Below the pieces are notes generated by a model. It was not told the DNA's origin and made no database searches. It saw only the letters and a program-made list of their open reading frames with translations. A stretch of 47,150 nucleotides of DNA from positions 1 through 47,150 of the IMG/VR virus record IMGVR_UViG_3300012988_000020; one strand, written 5' to 3'. Every line of letters begins with the position of its first letter. The first letter of the stretch is position 1. Source of the DNA: a virus. Lineage: Duplodnaviria > Caudoviricetes. Both the position numbers and the translations under genes were made by a program. Positions 24,152 to 33,827 of this stretch are shown one piece after another.

Positions 24152-25078
24152 ATGGGTTCAACTGCAAAGCGAGGCCTTCGGTATCCCGAGGCTACGGCGC
24201 TCGCGAACACGCTTCACACGCAGATCAAGAATCTGGCGGATGACACTGATTTCTTGGTGGACTATACCAGTATTCCGGGCACAGGGAACATGCAACGCAT
24301 CAACAACGTTGCTATGTTCCAGGAGAGCGGGAGCAACCTTACTGGATACATCGTAGTGCAGACCAATTTCACTTTCGTGGACGTCATGACACGTCTGCAT
24401 ATTACTGGTTGGTGTTATCAGCTGAAGAACAACGTCATTGACATCACTGCCACTTTCTATCCTTACAGCGGTAGCGGCAACACGGAGTACGTCGATATTA
24501 TCAACAACGGCAGCATGAACATGCAGTTCGTTGCCTTGTATAAGCGGAACTCCGACAACAAGGTCGCAATCGTCATGTTCCCCGACACAGCTAGCAACTA
24601 TTGGCAGTATCCTAAGCTAGTCGTTGACGCAATGACGGGACATTCATTCCAAGACCCGGCGGTATTCAAGACTGGTTGGAGCATTTCAAGGCAGACGTCT
24701 TTGGGTGCTTACACGCTACTTAGCTCTCCGAGTGCGGCGGTCAAGAAGTGGGCGCTTGCTGAGGACACTGGCTGGATCAATGCTACCTTGCTTAACGGTT
24801 GGACAAACTATGCGTCGGGGTTCGCCCTTGGGGGCTACCGTCGTAAGGCCGGAGTGGTGTATCTCCAAGGACTTCTAGTTAATGGCGCACCCCCAGGCGG
24901 TGGAGCCATATTCCAGCTGCCTCCAGGATACAGACCCGCCGCGACACATCTTTGTGTCAACTATAACAACGGAGGCGCTGGGCGATTCGATATTGACTCG
25001 GGCGGTAATGTTAGTTATCAGCTCGGTGCTGCTGGCTGGTACTCAATCGCCGGTGTCTCATTCCCGTGTGATCAGTAA
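24152..25078 (+). CDS. minor tail / receptor-binding-like protein
   Basis: GLRYP N-terminus; C-terminal DTGW..LLNGW..YRRKAGVVYLQG..IFQLPPGYRP domain typical of siphovirus tail proteins. Confidence 0.7.
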   Translation: MGSTAKRGLRYPEATALANTLHTQIKNLADDTDFLVDYTSIPGTGNMQRINNVAMFQESGSNLTGYIVVQTNFTFVDVMTRLHITGWCYQLKNNVIDITATFYPYSGSGNTEYVDIINNGSMNMQFVALYKRNSDNKVAIVMFPDTASNYWQYPKLVVDAMTGHSFQDPAVFKTGWSISRQTSLGAYTLLSSPSAAVKKWALAEDTGWINATLLNGWTNYASGFALGGYRRKAGVVYLQGLLVNGAPPGGGAIFQLPPGYRPAATHLCVNYNNGGAGRFDIDSGGNVSYQLGAAGWYSIAGVSFPCDQ

Positions 25079-25098
25079 ACACAAGAAAAGGAGGAAGC

Positions 25099-25473
25099 AT
25101 GCCCCCTCGCAAAAGGGTGACTGCTTCGGATGGCGGAACCATCCAACTTCCTCCTCCTGCTACGACCATCGAAGGCCGAAACGACCAGCTCATTGCAGCA
25201 GCATTTGATCTGGTCGAGCGGCGAATCCACGAAGGGACAGCTTCCGCACAGGAGACCGTCCATTTCCTTCGAATGGGGTCCACCAAGGACCGTCTTGAGC
25301 AGGAGAAACTCCGTCGGGAGAATCTCGTGCTTGAGACTCGAGTTAAGGAGATGGAATCGCGTACTTCTGGCGACCAGCTGTTGGAACGAGCTCTTGCGGC
25401 GTTCCGTGGTTATTCGGGCCAAGAGTCCGTCGATCCAGAGGCAGTCACATTCGATGCTGAGAACGTATACTGA
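25099..25473 (+). CDS. putative terminase small subunit
   Basis: helical 124-aa protein with coiled coil, directly upstream of packaging-type HNH; assignment is positional. Confidence 0.5.
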   Translation: MPPRKRVTASDGGTIQLPPPATTIEGRNDQLIAAAFDLVERRIHEGTASAQETVHFLRMGSTKDRLEQEKLRRENLVLETRVKEMESRTSGDQLLERALAAFRGYSGQESVDPEAVTFDAENVY

Positions 25474-25885
25474 GCTGCTTCAGCTCGATACTCTACAAGA
25501 ACGCTTCGATTATTTGAAGATTGCCGGCGTAGTCGGAGAACCGACATTCGACGACATGCGTTACGTCAATCAGGCATTCTACCACTCTCGTGAGTGGCGT
25601 CAGATGCGAAGCCATGTTATTGCTCGTGATCTCGGTATGGATCTAGGAGCATTCGACACGCCCATTCAAGGCGCGCCGATTATTCACCACATGAACCCAC
25701 TGACCCCCGAGGACATTCTCGAGGGCACAGAGAACCTGCTGAGTCCTGAGTTTCTTATTTGCACATCCCTACGTACCCACAACGCCATTCACTACGGCGA
25801 CAAAGGACAGCTTCCCCGGCCCTTTGTTGAGCGTAGGCCTGGAGATACGTTGGGGTGGACTAAGTTTCGAGGTCTCGATGAGTAA
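25454..25885 (+). CDS. HNH endonuclease (packaging-associated type)
   Basis: FYHSREWRQMRSHVIARD...IIHHMNP...LICTSLRTHNAIH. Confidence 0.85.
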   Translation: MLRTYTELLQLDTLQERFDYLKIAGVVGEPTFDDMRYVNQAFYHSREWRQMRSHVIARDLGMDLGAFDTPIQGAPIIHHMNPLTPEDILEGTENLLSPEFLICTSLRTHNAIHYGDKGQLPRPFVERRPGDTLGWTKFRGLDE

Positions 25886-26414
25886 ATACCAAGCCCCGGT
25901 TATGCCGATGGTCGAAGCTTTCTACGGAAGTGGTAAGCAGAAGCCCACGGCCATCATCCTTTCGCCATCATTTACTACATCCGAGAAGGGTGCGGCACTC
26001 GGAGTCGCGATGAACTGGCATTCGCCGTCTTCCCCCCGTGACTCTGGTCACTACACGGTGGATGAGGTTCAGCGATTCCGAACGCTCCCCGACACAATGG
26101 TTGCGGGTCACTGGCAGCACACGCAGAAGAATGCAATCCGAATTATGGTGTGTGCAGAGCCTCACTCGGCTAGCACATTCTGGCACGATGACACTCATCT
26201 TCCCGTTCTACACAAGACTGCAGAGTTGGTGGCCGAGCTTACGCTTGCCTACAACATCAACGTCAGCTTCTTCACTGAAGACAGCTTTGAGCGATGGAAG
26301 AAGCGACCCACCCGCTATCGTGGTGGGATTCTTGTCGATACGCCGGAGGGGTGGCCCTGGCAGCGTTTCTATAACGAGGTCATGGCCCAAAGGGCGTTGA
26401 AGACATTGATTTGA
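25878..26414 (+). CDS. degenerate N-acetylmuramoyl-L-alanine amidase-like protein
   Basis: KPTAIIL, SGHYTVD, VAGH, NAIRIMVC, TAELVAEL, GWPW follow the Amidase_2 pattern but lack the first Zn His. Confidence 0.6.
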   Translation: MSKYQAPVMPMVEAFYGSGKQKPTAIILSPSFTTSEKGAALGVAMNWHSPSSPRDSGHYTVDEVQRFRTLPDTMVAGHWQHTQKNAIRIMVCAEPHSASTFWHDDTHLPVLHKTAELVAELTLAYNINVSFFTEDSFERWKKRPTRYRGGILVDTPEGWPWQRFYNEVMAQRALKTLI

Positions 26415-26425
26415 AAGGTAGTTAC

Positions 26426-27145
26426 ATGAGTAAACTTCCATCCAACCTGCCGAAGATTCTTCGAGATGCAGGTCTGAAGGTCAAGGAGACCGACGGTTGG
26501 CAGAATCGTGGCCGACCGGCTTCTACCGGAGGCTTCAATCCTGTCGGCGTTCTGTGTCACCACACCGCCACGGGCAAGTCGACGCCGAACGCTAACGTCG
26601 AGAAGCTTCTGATTAACGGTCGCTCTGATCTTCCCGGCCCACTTTGTCACCTGGGCCTCCAGCGAGATGGTACGGTCGTGGTCATCGCCGCGGGCCGTGC
26701 CAACCATGCTGGGAAGTCCAAGAAGAGTGGATCGGTTGCTGCTGGAGACGGCAACGAACTCTACATCGGCATTGAGGCCTACAACAACGGTACGGGTGAG
26801 ACCTGGTCTGATGCGCAGTACGACGCATACGTTCTTCTGTGTGCGGTGCTCTCGGTCAAGGTCACCAAGTCGTCTGTCCAGACCGTTCGCGCGCACAAGG
26901 AGACGTCGGTCACCGGTAAGATCGATCCGACGTTCCCCATGGATGCGTTCCGAGTCAAGGTCGCGGCCAAGATGAAGCAGCTGTCGACTCCGGCAAAGCG
27001 TCCGGCTACCAAGGAGAAGACCTCTCGAGGTGCTCGCATCGATCGAGCTCTGGCTGAGCTGAAGAAGTCTCATGGCAGCGGTGAACGAGAGCAGCTGATT
27101 AAGCAGGCCATCACTGCGCTGGAGAAGATCCCTAAGATCCGCTGA
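26426..27145 (+). CDS. endolysin, N-acetylmuramoyl-L-alanine amidase (Amidase_2)
   Basis: GVLCHHTA, ANHAG, IGIEAYN, AHKE, KIDP; basic C-terminal tail. Confidence 0.92.
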   Translation: MSKLPSNLPKILRDAGLKVKETDGWQNRGRPASTGGFNPVGVLCHHTATGKSTPNANVEKLLINGRSDLPGPLCHLGLQRDGTVVVIAAGRANHAGKSKKSGSVAAGDGNELYIGIEAYNNGTGETWSDAQYDAYVLLCAVLSVKVTKSSVQTVRAHKETSVTGKIDPTFPMDAFRVKVAAKMKQLSTPAKRPATKEKTSRGARIDRALAELKKSHGSGEREQLIKQAITALEKIPKIR

Positions 27146-27183
27146 CAATTTTGTCAAAATGAGTAGCCGTTAGAGAGGTAGTG

Positions 27184-27603
27184 ATGGCGGAGAGCATTCT
27201 CACTTCAACTAAAGCGGCACTCGGCGTGCCGGAGTCACACGAAGCTTTCGATGTCGAGCTCATTCTCCACATCAACTCGGTCCTTTCGCGACTGACTGAA
27301 CTGGGGATTGGGCCGACGTCGGGCTTTCGGATCGCAGACAAGACCGCGACGTGGGAGCAGTTTCTTGCTGACGATACGCGGTTCAACGACGTTAAAAGCT
27401 ACATGGCTTATGCAGTCAAGATGCGTTTCGACCCGCCTGAGATCGGCTTCGTCATCACGGCGATGAAAGAGCAGATTGAGAAGGACGAGTACCTTCTCAC
27501 TAACCGGCGAGACAACATCAATGCAGAAGAGGCGGCTGTCATCGACGGCGGCACACCGTCTTCGGGCGGTTCCGAACTTATTCTGGACGGAGGAGCACCA
27601 TGA
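27184..27603 (+). CDS. putative head-tail connector protein
   Basis: SILTSTKAALG..FDVELILHIN..L.ELGIGP..FDPP helical pattern; structural context. Confidence 0.55.
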   Translation: MAESILTSTKAALGVPESHEAFDVELILHINSVLSRLTELGIGPTSGFRIADKTATWEQFLADDTRFNDVKSYMAYAVKMRFDPPEIGFVITAMKEQIEKDEYLLTNRRDNINAEEAAVIDGGTPSSGGSELILDGGAP

Positions 27604-28979
27604 TTACTCGGTCAGATGTCGTCCAGATGATTCGGGACACACTTGGCACCCTGGTTTTTCAGACTCGTCGGGGGACTACGGAGCAGTGGGCTGCGTCCAC
27701 TCGTCCGCTTAAGCCTGGCGAGCAGGGCTGGAACAGCACCACGAAGCAGATGTACGTGGGCGATGGTGTGAAGCTTTACCCGTTTTACGATGTCGTCGGC
27801 ACCGGCGTGGTTACTGGTGGAGCCACCGGCTCAGGTCTTACTCAGGCGCAAATTCAAGACCTGATCAACACGTCGATCAACGGCATTACTTTCCCGCCGA
27901 GCTACGTTCTTCCGAACAGCGTCGTCCAGGCAGTGACAGTGCTGACCGGCAACGAGGCTCGCCCCAATGCTTCTGTGGTTCTGTGGGTCGGCGGCTCCGA
28001 GAAGCCTCTGAACATGCAGGATCAGGATGTTCACCTGGCTGAGGAGCCTGCTGATCTTACTGCACCCACGACTCCGACCGGACTCGCGGTTTCGGCCGCC
28101 ACAACCACCGGCTTCACGGTTTCGTGGACTCCTTCCTCAGATGCGATCGGTGTTACAGGCTATGAGGTTCGTCTCAACGGCGGAACGGCGGTTGCGAAGA
28201 CGACCAACTCGCATACGTTCACCTCACTTGCCGAGAACACGACCTATACGGTCGAGGTTCGCGCGCGCGATGCTGCCGGGAACTTCTCCAGCTGGGCTTC
28301 TATTTCCGGAGCTACGCTGGCGCCGAATGTCATGCGCAACTTCTTCGCTCCGGCTTACATGACGGAGATGAAGTCGCAGCCCGATTGGTCGCCCACGGTG
28401 GCCAATGATCCTGGCGGCATTGAGCTCGCAAGTATTTTCTGGTCAGCAGGCTCTGGAGCTAAGCCGTTCCTGGTGCATGGTGTTCGTTTGTACACGCCCT
28501 CGACCGCAGACAGCGCCTACATGAACGGGAACGTCACAGCTCGACTCTACGCTCGAGAGTATGTTTCCGACCCGGTGGACGTGTCTTCGTTCCCAACTTT
28601 GAATTCTGAGGCAACCAAGAGCGCGACATACTCCGCTCCTAGAACTCCGGATTCATGGGTCGATATTCTGTTCGACAGCCCTGTGCAGATCAATCCTGCG
28701 GTGGGCGGTGTCCAGGACCCTGGCGACGACCTAGCAGTTATTTCGATCCAGATGGATTCCGGATCTTACATGGCGGTGTCTTTCACCGAGATCGATGCGT
28801 TCCTCGCTGCGCACTCCACAACGCCGGGCAACTCCGGAGCAATGATCAACTCGCCTCACGGCGACTCTGTCAAGTGGCCGGCATCAAGTCTTCGTTCGGC
28901 GTTCCAGCAGGGCGCCAACAACTGGCAGCCGGGCACGAACTGGTATGGTGTTGACCTGATCTACACCGTGGTGGGCTAA
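27600..28979 (+). CDS. tail fibre/appendage protein: hyaluronidase/Mtd-like N-terminus, FN3 domain, DUF4082-like C-terminus
   Basis: RRGTTEQW..L.PGEQG..VGDG; DLTAPTTPTGL..VSWTPSSD..YTVEVRARDAAGN.S (FN3); IELASIF..GVRLY..WVDILFDSPVQI..YGVDL. Confidence 0.75.
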   Translation: MITRSDVVQMIRDTLGTLVFQTRRGTTEQWAASTRPLKPGEQGWNSTTKQMYVGDGVKLYPFYDVVGTGVVTGGATGSGLTQAQIQDLINTSINGITFPPSYVLPNSVVQAVTVLTGNEARPNASVVLWVGGSEKPLNMQDQDVHLAEEPADLTAPTTPTGLAVSAATTTGFTVSWTPSSDAIGVTGYEVRLNGGTAVAKTTNSHTFTSLAENTTYTVEVRARDAAGNFSSWASISGATLAPNVMRNFFAPAYMTEMKSQPDWSPTVANDPGGIELASIFWSAGSGAKPFLVHGVRLYTPSTADSAYMNGNVTARLYAREYVSDPVDVSSFPTLNSEATKSATYSAPRTPDSWVDILFDSPVQINPAVGGVQDPGDDLAVISIQMDSGSYMAVSFTEIDAFLAAHSTTPGNSGAMINSPHGDSVKWPASSLRSAFQQGANNWQPGTNWYGVDLIYTVVG

Positions 28980-30670
28980 TGGCCGTCGACATTGCACCTG
29001 AGAACGCTAGGTTGGACGGATTCACGATTCATTCTTTTGGGGCTGTCCAAACAGGCTCAGTCTCTCCAGAACCACACCAACTGGGGGACTGGACTGTGGC
29101 GGGCTTCGCTCGCTCTCCTTCTTACGACGTGGGAGAGCAGGCGAAGTTCTGTGTCAACGGGCCGGCCGTGCAGATCGATATCTATCGTGTTGGGTATTAT
29201 GCCGGCGCTGGCTTCAAGATCGTTGATACTATCGTCAACACCCCGACCACTCAGCCTGAAGCGATCGTTATTCCGAACACGAACGGTGCCACGAGCTGTT
29301 CCAATTGGGCCGTGACAGCGACCTGGAACATTCCTACGAACGCCACTTCCGGCTACTACCTCGCTGCTGTTCGTTCGGTTGGAGCTAATGCTCCGAACGC
29401 CTTCTACATCACGTTCATCGTAAGAGACGATGCGGCTGAAGCCGACATCATCTTCAAGGCAAGTGACGCTACGTGGGGCGCGGCCTACAACCATTACGGA
29501 ACTCCTTCCGCTATTAACTCGGGGAAGAACGTGTATGGTAGCGGACAAGGTATCGGGGCGATTCAGAATCGTTCTCTCGCTGTGTCCTATCATCGGCCGG
29601 TTCTCACTCGAGGCGGCGTCGACCAGACCTATTGGTGGAACGCCGAACTGCCTATGATCCGCTGGCTCGAGCGTAACGGCTACAAAGTCAAGTATGTGAC
29701 GTGCGTGGATCTCGACAAGCAAGGCGAGGCTCTCCTTGAGAAGGGCAAGATCTTCCTCTCCATCGGACATGACGAGTACTGGTCACGCAACATGCGAGAT
29801 GCCGTCGAGAACTGGCGTGACGCAGGACCGAATCACTCGATCTTCATGTCGGGCAACGAGGTCTTCTGGAAGACTCGCTACGTCTACAACGGTGACGAGT
29901 CGGTCATGGTGTGTTACAAGGACACGATGCCTGGCCCCACTGCTAGCCACCCGAGTCATTTGCCAGGACAGGCGATCGACCCGGTAGAGTGGACGGGTAC
30001 ATGGAAAGACACTCGTTGGCCGGGACGTCGTCCTGAATGGTTGCTTACGGGCACTGACTTCCGGATGAACGGAGTCCACGACCACGACGCGACCATCATC
30101 AGCAATCCATATGGCGGTCACAAAGTGTGGGACGCGACGTCTTTGACTACGGGCCCTATTACGATTCAGAAGATCATTGGTATGGAGGCGGATGCCTATC
30201 GGCCTACGCAGCCTGATGGTTCGTTCGCCCTCTTGGCAGCGTACACTCGCGACATCAGTCCGTATAAGGCAGATGACAATGGCGAGAACTACAATCAGTC
30301 CGGAGATCTAAACTGGGGCGTTGTGTCTCAGCGGTATGACTCCGGCGCCGTCACCGTTGGGTTTGGCACGTGTCAATGGTCATGGGCGCTTGACTCTACC
30401 CACGACCGAGGCGTCTCTGTGGTGTCGACTCCGGCGCAACAGATGACTGTGACTCTACTTAGGGACTTGGGCGCTACGCCCGAAACACCTCCAGTCAATG
30501 TTCAGTTGCTTACGCCCAACTCGCTGGACGTCTATGGTCTAATCCCAGGCTCTGATGACAACGTGACCGACGAAGACAGCAACATTCTTCTAGGCGACGG
30601 CTCGATGCTCACTGCGTCTTTGGGGGATGGCACTCCTCTGAGACTTTCTCTAATTAGTCAAAATGAGTAG
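28979..30670 (+). CDS. N,N-dimethylformamidase beta-subunit-like domain protein
   Basis: IDIYRVGYY, SGYYLA, FIVRDD, TWGAAYN, VSYHRP, ELPMIRWLERNGY, GHDEYWS, FMSGNEVFW match that family from recall. Confidence 0.75.
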   Translation: MAVDIAPENARLDGFTIHSFGAVQTGSVSPEPHQLGDWTVAGFARSPSYDVGEQAKFCVNGPAVQIDIYRVGYYAGAGFKIVDTIVNTPTTQPEAIVIPNTNGATSCSNWAVTATWNIPTNATSGYYLAAVRSVGANAPNAFYITFIVRDDAAEADIIFKASDATWGAAYNHYGTPSAINSGKNVYGSGQGIGAIQNRSLAVSYHRPVLTRGGVDQTYWWNAELPMIRWLERNGYKVKYVTCVDLDKQGEALLEKGKIFLSIGHDEYWSRNMRDAVENWRDAGPNHSIFMSGNEVFWKTRYVYNGDESVMVCYKDTMPGPTASHPSHLPGQAIDPVEWTGTWKDTRWPGRRPEWLLTGTDFRMNGVHDHDATIISNPYGGHKVWDATSLTTGPITIQKIIGMEADAYRPTQPDGSFALLAAYTRDISPYKADDNGENYNQSGDLNWGVVSQRYDSGAVTVGFGTCQWSWALDSTHDRGVSVVSTPAQQMTVTLLRDLGATPETPPVNVQLLTPNSLDVYGLIPGSDDNVTDEDSNILLGDGSMLTASLGDGTPLRLSLISQNE

Positions 30671-30708
30671 TACTTTCTAGAATCCCAAAGAAAGGGGGTG
30701 GCATCATC

Positions 30709-31191
30709 ATGACAGACGTCGACGGCTTCCTTGCTCAGCACGGGATTGAGGTTCTCGAGCTGACTCCTGAGGAGGAGATGAATTCCTTCCTAGCGCACTA
30801 TGGTATCAAAGGTATGCGCTGGGGAGTTCGTCGCACACAGGCACAGCTTCACGCTGGAACGTCCGAAGACGCCGCTCGAGCCAATGAGATTCGGGCTAAG
30901 GTTCACTCGCAGGGCCTGAGTTCACTCTCCAATCAGGAGATGCAGCATCTGGTTCAGCGGATGAATCTCGAGCAGCAGTATTCGCGTATTACTTATCAAC
31001 CATCTAAGATCTCTCGAGGTAAGGCGCAGGTCGACAGCATGCTGCAGACCGCTAACACGGTCAACAGCGTGATTAAGTTCGTCAATTCTCCCGCAGGTAA
31101 GATCATGATGGAGAAGGCCTTCCCCAACAAACGAGACGGCGGACCACCCAAGCACTATAAAGAGCCGAAGAAGAAGGGTAAGAAGAAGTGA
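30709..31191 (+). CDS. LAH(Y/F)G-leader protein 1
   Basis: FLAHYGIKGMRWGVRR; LSNQEMQHLVQRMNLEQQY. Confidence 0.8.
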   Translation: MTDVDGFLAQHGIEVLELTPEEEMNSFLAHYGIKGMRWGVRRTQAQLHAGTSEDAARANEIRAKVHSQGLSSLSNQEMQHLVQRMNLEQQYSRITYQPSKISRGKAQVDSMLQTANTVNSVIKFVNSPAGKIMMEKAFPNKRDGGPPKHYKEPKKKGKKK

Positions 31192-31775
31192 CTACTTTCG
31201 AAGACACTGACGAGTTTCTCGCCCACTTCGGCGTCAAAGGTATGCGATGGGGCGTTCGACGAGAAAACCGAACTCAGATGTTGGAGCGCGTTGGTTCGGG
31301 TACGGGCAGCAAGCTGGACAATCTCCGCGTTGCCACCGGCCATGTCTCATCTCAGAGCATTCGTCGTCACGGCGGTGTTGCCGGTGCGGCAGCCAACAAG
31401 GCAGCCAACATGCGAGCAGTTGATGCTCGTGTAGCTAGCGGTCGAGGGACGGCTAAAGACTTTGTTTCTCGACACGGCGGCGATCGGTACATCGACACTG
31501 GTAAGCTCGACAAGGACGTTCTTGCTGGCAAGAAGATCGTCGCTCGCCCAGGAACCTCTAGGGTCACGATGAACGTCGTCAAAGACTTCAACTCTATGTC
31601 CGATAAAGAGTTCTTCAGGAAGTATTCTGGAACGAAGCAGGGTTATCTGAAGAACTTCGATAAGTACAAGGGCGACCCTTACATGAATTCACCCAAGGCT
31701 AAGGTCGGTAAGATTCTCGCAAAGACCGTACCGCAGCCTAAGCGAATTAGGCGAGCCGGTGGATACGATCGATAG
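31188..31775 (+). CDS. LAH(Y/F)G-leader protein 2 (basic)
   Basis: DTDEFLAHFGVKGMRWGVRR. Confidence 0.8.
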   Translation: MTTFEDTDEFLAHFGVKGMRWGVRRENRTQMLERVGSGTGSKLDNLRVATGHVSSQSIRRHGGVAGAAANKAANMRAVDARVASGRGTAKDFVSRHGGDRYIDTGKLDKDVLAGKKIVARPGTSRVTMNVVKDFNSMSDKEFFRKYSGTKQGYLKNFDKYKGDPYMNSPKAKVGKILAKTVPQPKRIRRAGGYDR

Positions 31776-32442
31776 CTCGGTCGAGGTTGATGATTTTCTA
31801 GCACACTATGGCGTCAAAGGTATGCGCTGGGGTATTCGTCAGAAGAATTACAGCGAAGGCGGATCCACCCCCGCGGGAAAGAGCTCATCTTCAACCTCCA
31901 CCTCAACCATAAAAGAGCGTCGGCATCTCAGTGAGGGGCAGAAGAAAGCCCTGAAGATTGGTGCTGGTGTTGCTGTTGTGACTGGTGCGGTTGTAGTTAC
32001 AGGCATTCTAGCCAAAAACGGCAACCTTCCAGTCTCTGCTCTGAAGAACAACGTTGCTTTCCAGTTCGCCAAGAACAAGGCGTTTCCGTTCGTGAAGCAG
32101 AAGGCAGTCGAGACGGCTACCGAGAAAACTGCCGAGGCCGTTTCTTCGCGGGTTAAATTCCTCAATCAGGACAACCCCACTCGCGCAGACGCGGCGAAAC
32201 TGATCAAGCAGGAGGTCTGGGACACACCCATGAAGGACTTCATGCAGGAGATCGAAGAGGCCCACCGAGAGCAAACGAAGTACATGAAGGAAGAGTCTTC
32301 TCGAGTTGGGCTTCCATACGACCCCAAGATGAACGCATATTCTCCCGAGTCTAGAAACGAGAGACTCAGCGTTTATGAGCAGCGTCTAAAGCGCTCCGGC
32401 GGTCTTACTGAAGAGTACGTCAAGATGTTCGGCAGGCGATGA
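31759..32442 (+). CDS. LAH(Y/F)G-leader protein 3 with TM helix
   Basis: VDDFLAHYGVKGMRWGIRQ; KKALKIGAGVAVVTGAVVVTGIL. Confidence 0.8.
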   Translation: MDTIDSSVEVDDFLAHYGVKGMRWGIRQKNYSEGGSTPAGKSSSSTSTSTIKERRHLSEGQKKALKIGAGVAVVTGAVVVTGILAKNGNLPVSALKNNVAFQFAKNKAFPFVKQKAVETATEKTAEAVSSRVKFLNQDNPTRADAAKLIKQEVWDTPMKDFMQEIEEAHREQTKYMKEESSRVGLPYDPKMNAYSPESRNERLSVYEQRLKRSGGLTEEYVKMFGRR

Positions 32443-32464
32443 CACTCATAGAAAGGGCGGGACT

Positions 32465-33589
32465 ATGACTACAACTACTGAAGTCGATAACTATCTCGCC
32501 CACTATGGCATCAAAGGTATGCAGTGGGGCGTTCGTAAAGCCGATGATTCTTCTGGTGGAGGATCAAGTAAGAAAGAGAAGCCACCTAAGAAGATCAACG
32601 AAGCTAAAGCGAAACGCTTTGACACTCGAGCACAAGTGGCTCAAACGCAGATTAACTTGATTCAAGCGCATCCATCAAAGATTCGTTACGTTCAGAACCA
32701 GAGAAACGCTCGAGTCAGGGAACTTGAGTTCTACCGCGACCAGCAGAAGAAAAACGCCAAAGATGTTCGTGACGGCCATCTTACCGATGGTGAAAAGAAG
32801 CTCATCAAAGGGGCGGCGATCACGACAGCCCTTCTTGCTGCCTACGGCACTTACAAGTACGTAGACAGCGGTGCTGCTCACCGAACGAGCATTAAGGGTA
32901 AAGAACTTCTGTCGAAGAGTCCCCATTCTTGGTCCAAGAACGACGCACTCAAGGGCGACCTGAATCTGTCCGACATTATGGGCAAGGTCGTCCCTGGGGT
33001 CAATCCCGAGTACGGTTCTATGGGCACTAAGATGAACTGTCGCCGTTGCACCTTCGCTTATGAGATGCGGCGCCGAGGTTACGACGTCAAAGCCACTAAG
33101 AGCGTGGGCGCAACCGGTCAAACGACAGCTGGACTTATCAATGCCATGGACCCCAACAGTAAGCTGAAGACCGGACGCTGGGGCATTGCAGCTCAGATGG
33201 TCCGTGAAATGCAGAACGATGGTGGAGCGCTTACTGAGCTCACCAAATCAGGCGGTTGGGGCAAGACTCGAATCGGCGGCGATCTTGACTTCCGTGTTAG
33301 CGAGTCTAAAGTAAAGGCCGATAGGATTTTCGGCGCGCTTTCTAAAGAGCCCAACGGAGCTCGAGGAGAGCTAGGTGTCGGATGGACGTTCGGCGGCGGA
33401 CACAGTATGGCCTGGGAGATCGTTCAGGGCAAACCCGTTATTTTTGATACTCAAACGGGTAAGACGTATAAAGATTCGTCCGACTTTAAAAAGTTTGCCG
33501 AAGCAATCACCGATGCCGGCTACACTCGGTTGGACAACCTTGATCTGAATTCTGATTTCCTTCTAAGGTGGTTGGACAATGCTAAGTGA
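32465..33589 (+). CDS. LAH(Y/F)G-leader protein 4 with papain-fold toxin (Tox-PL / deamidase-like) domain
   Basis: VDNYLAHYGIKGMQWGVRK; NCRRCTFAYEMRRRGYDVKA (C192), GGHSMAW (H313), IFDTQTG (D328). Confidence 0.75.
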   Translation: MTTTTEVDNYLAHYGIKGMQWGVRKADDSSGGGSSKKEKPPKKINEAKAKRFDTRAQVAQTQINLIQAHPSKIRYVQNQRNARVRELEFYRDQQKKNAKDVRDGHLTDGEKKLIKGAAITTALLAAYGTYKYVDSGAAHRTSIKGKELLSKSPHSWSKNDALKGDLNLSDIMGKVVPGVNPEYGSMGTKMNCRRCTFAYEMRRRGYDVKATKSVGATGQTTAGLINAMDPNSKLKTGRWGIAAQMVREMQNDGGALTELTKSGGWGKTRIGGDLDFRVSESKVKADRIFGALSKEPNGARGELGVGWTFGGGHSMAWEIVQGKPVIFDTQTGKTYKDSSDFKKFAEAITDAGYTRLDNLDLNSDFLLRWLDNAK

Positions 33590-33827
33590 GACCGAGGCTC
33601 GAGACGTTCTGTTGGAATCTATTCCTGACGCCACCATCGAAGCCGTAGTCAAATACCAGGGTCTATATTTGTTCCGCATTCGTCGACAGGACGAGGGTGA
33701 AGAGAACTATGACCCGTTCTTCACCGTTGACCCGGTTACTGCTGTGGTCCAAGATTTCGACGTGATGAACGATGGCGATATTTCTGAGATCGCGCGGCTA
33801 TTCGAGGAGGCGAGGTATGATGTCTGA
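33579..33827 (+). CDS. putative immunity protein to the papain-fold toxin
   Basis: small acidic ORF overlapping the toxin stop; only gene in the cluster without the leader; MLSETEAR..LYLF..PFFTVDPVTA resembles YrhB/Imm35-like pattern. Confidence 0.5.
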   Translation: MLSETEARDVLLESIPDATIEAVVKYQGLYLFRIRRQDEGEENYDPFFTVDPVTAVVQDFDVMNDGDISEIARLFEEARYDV

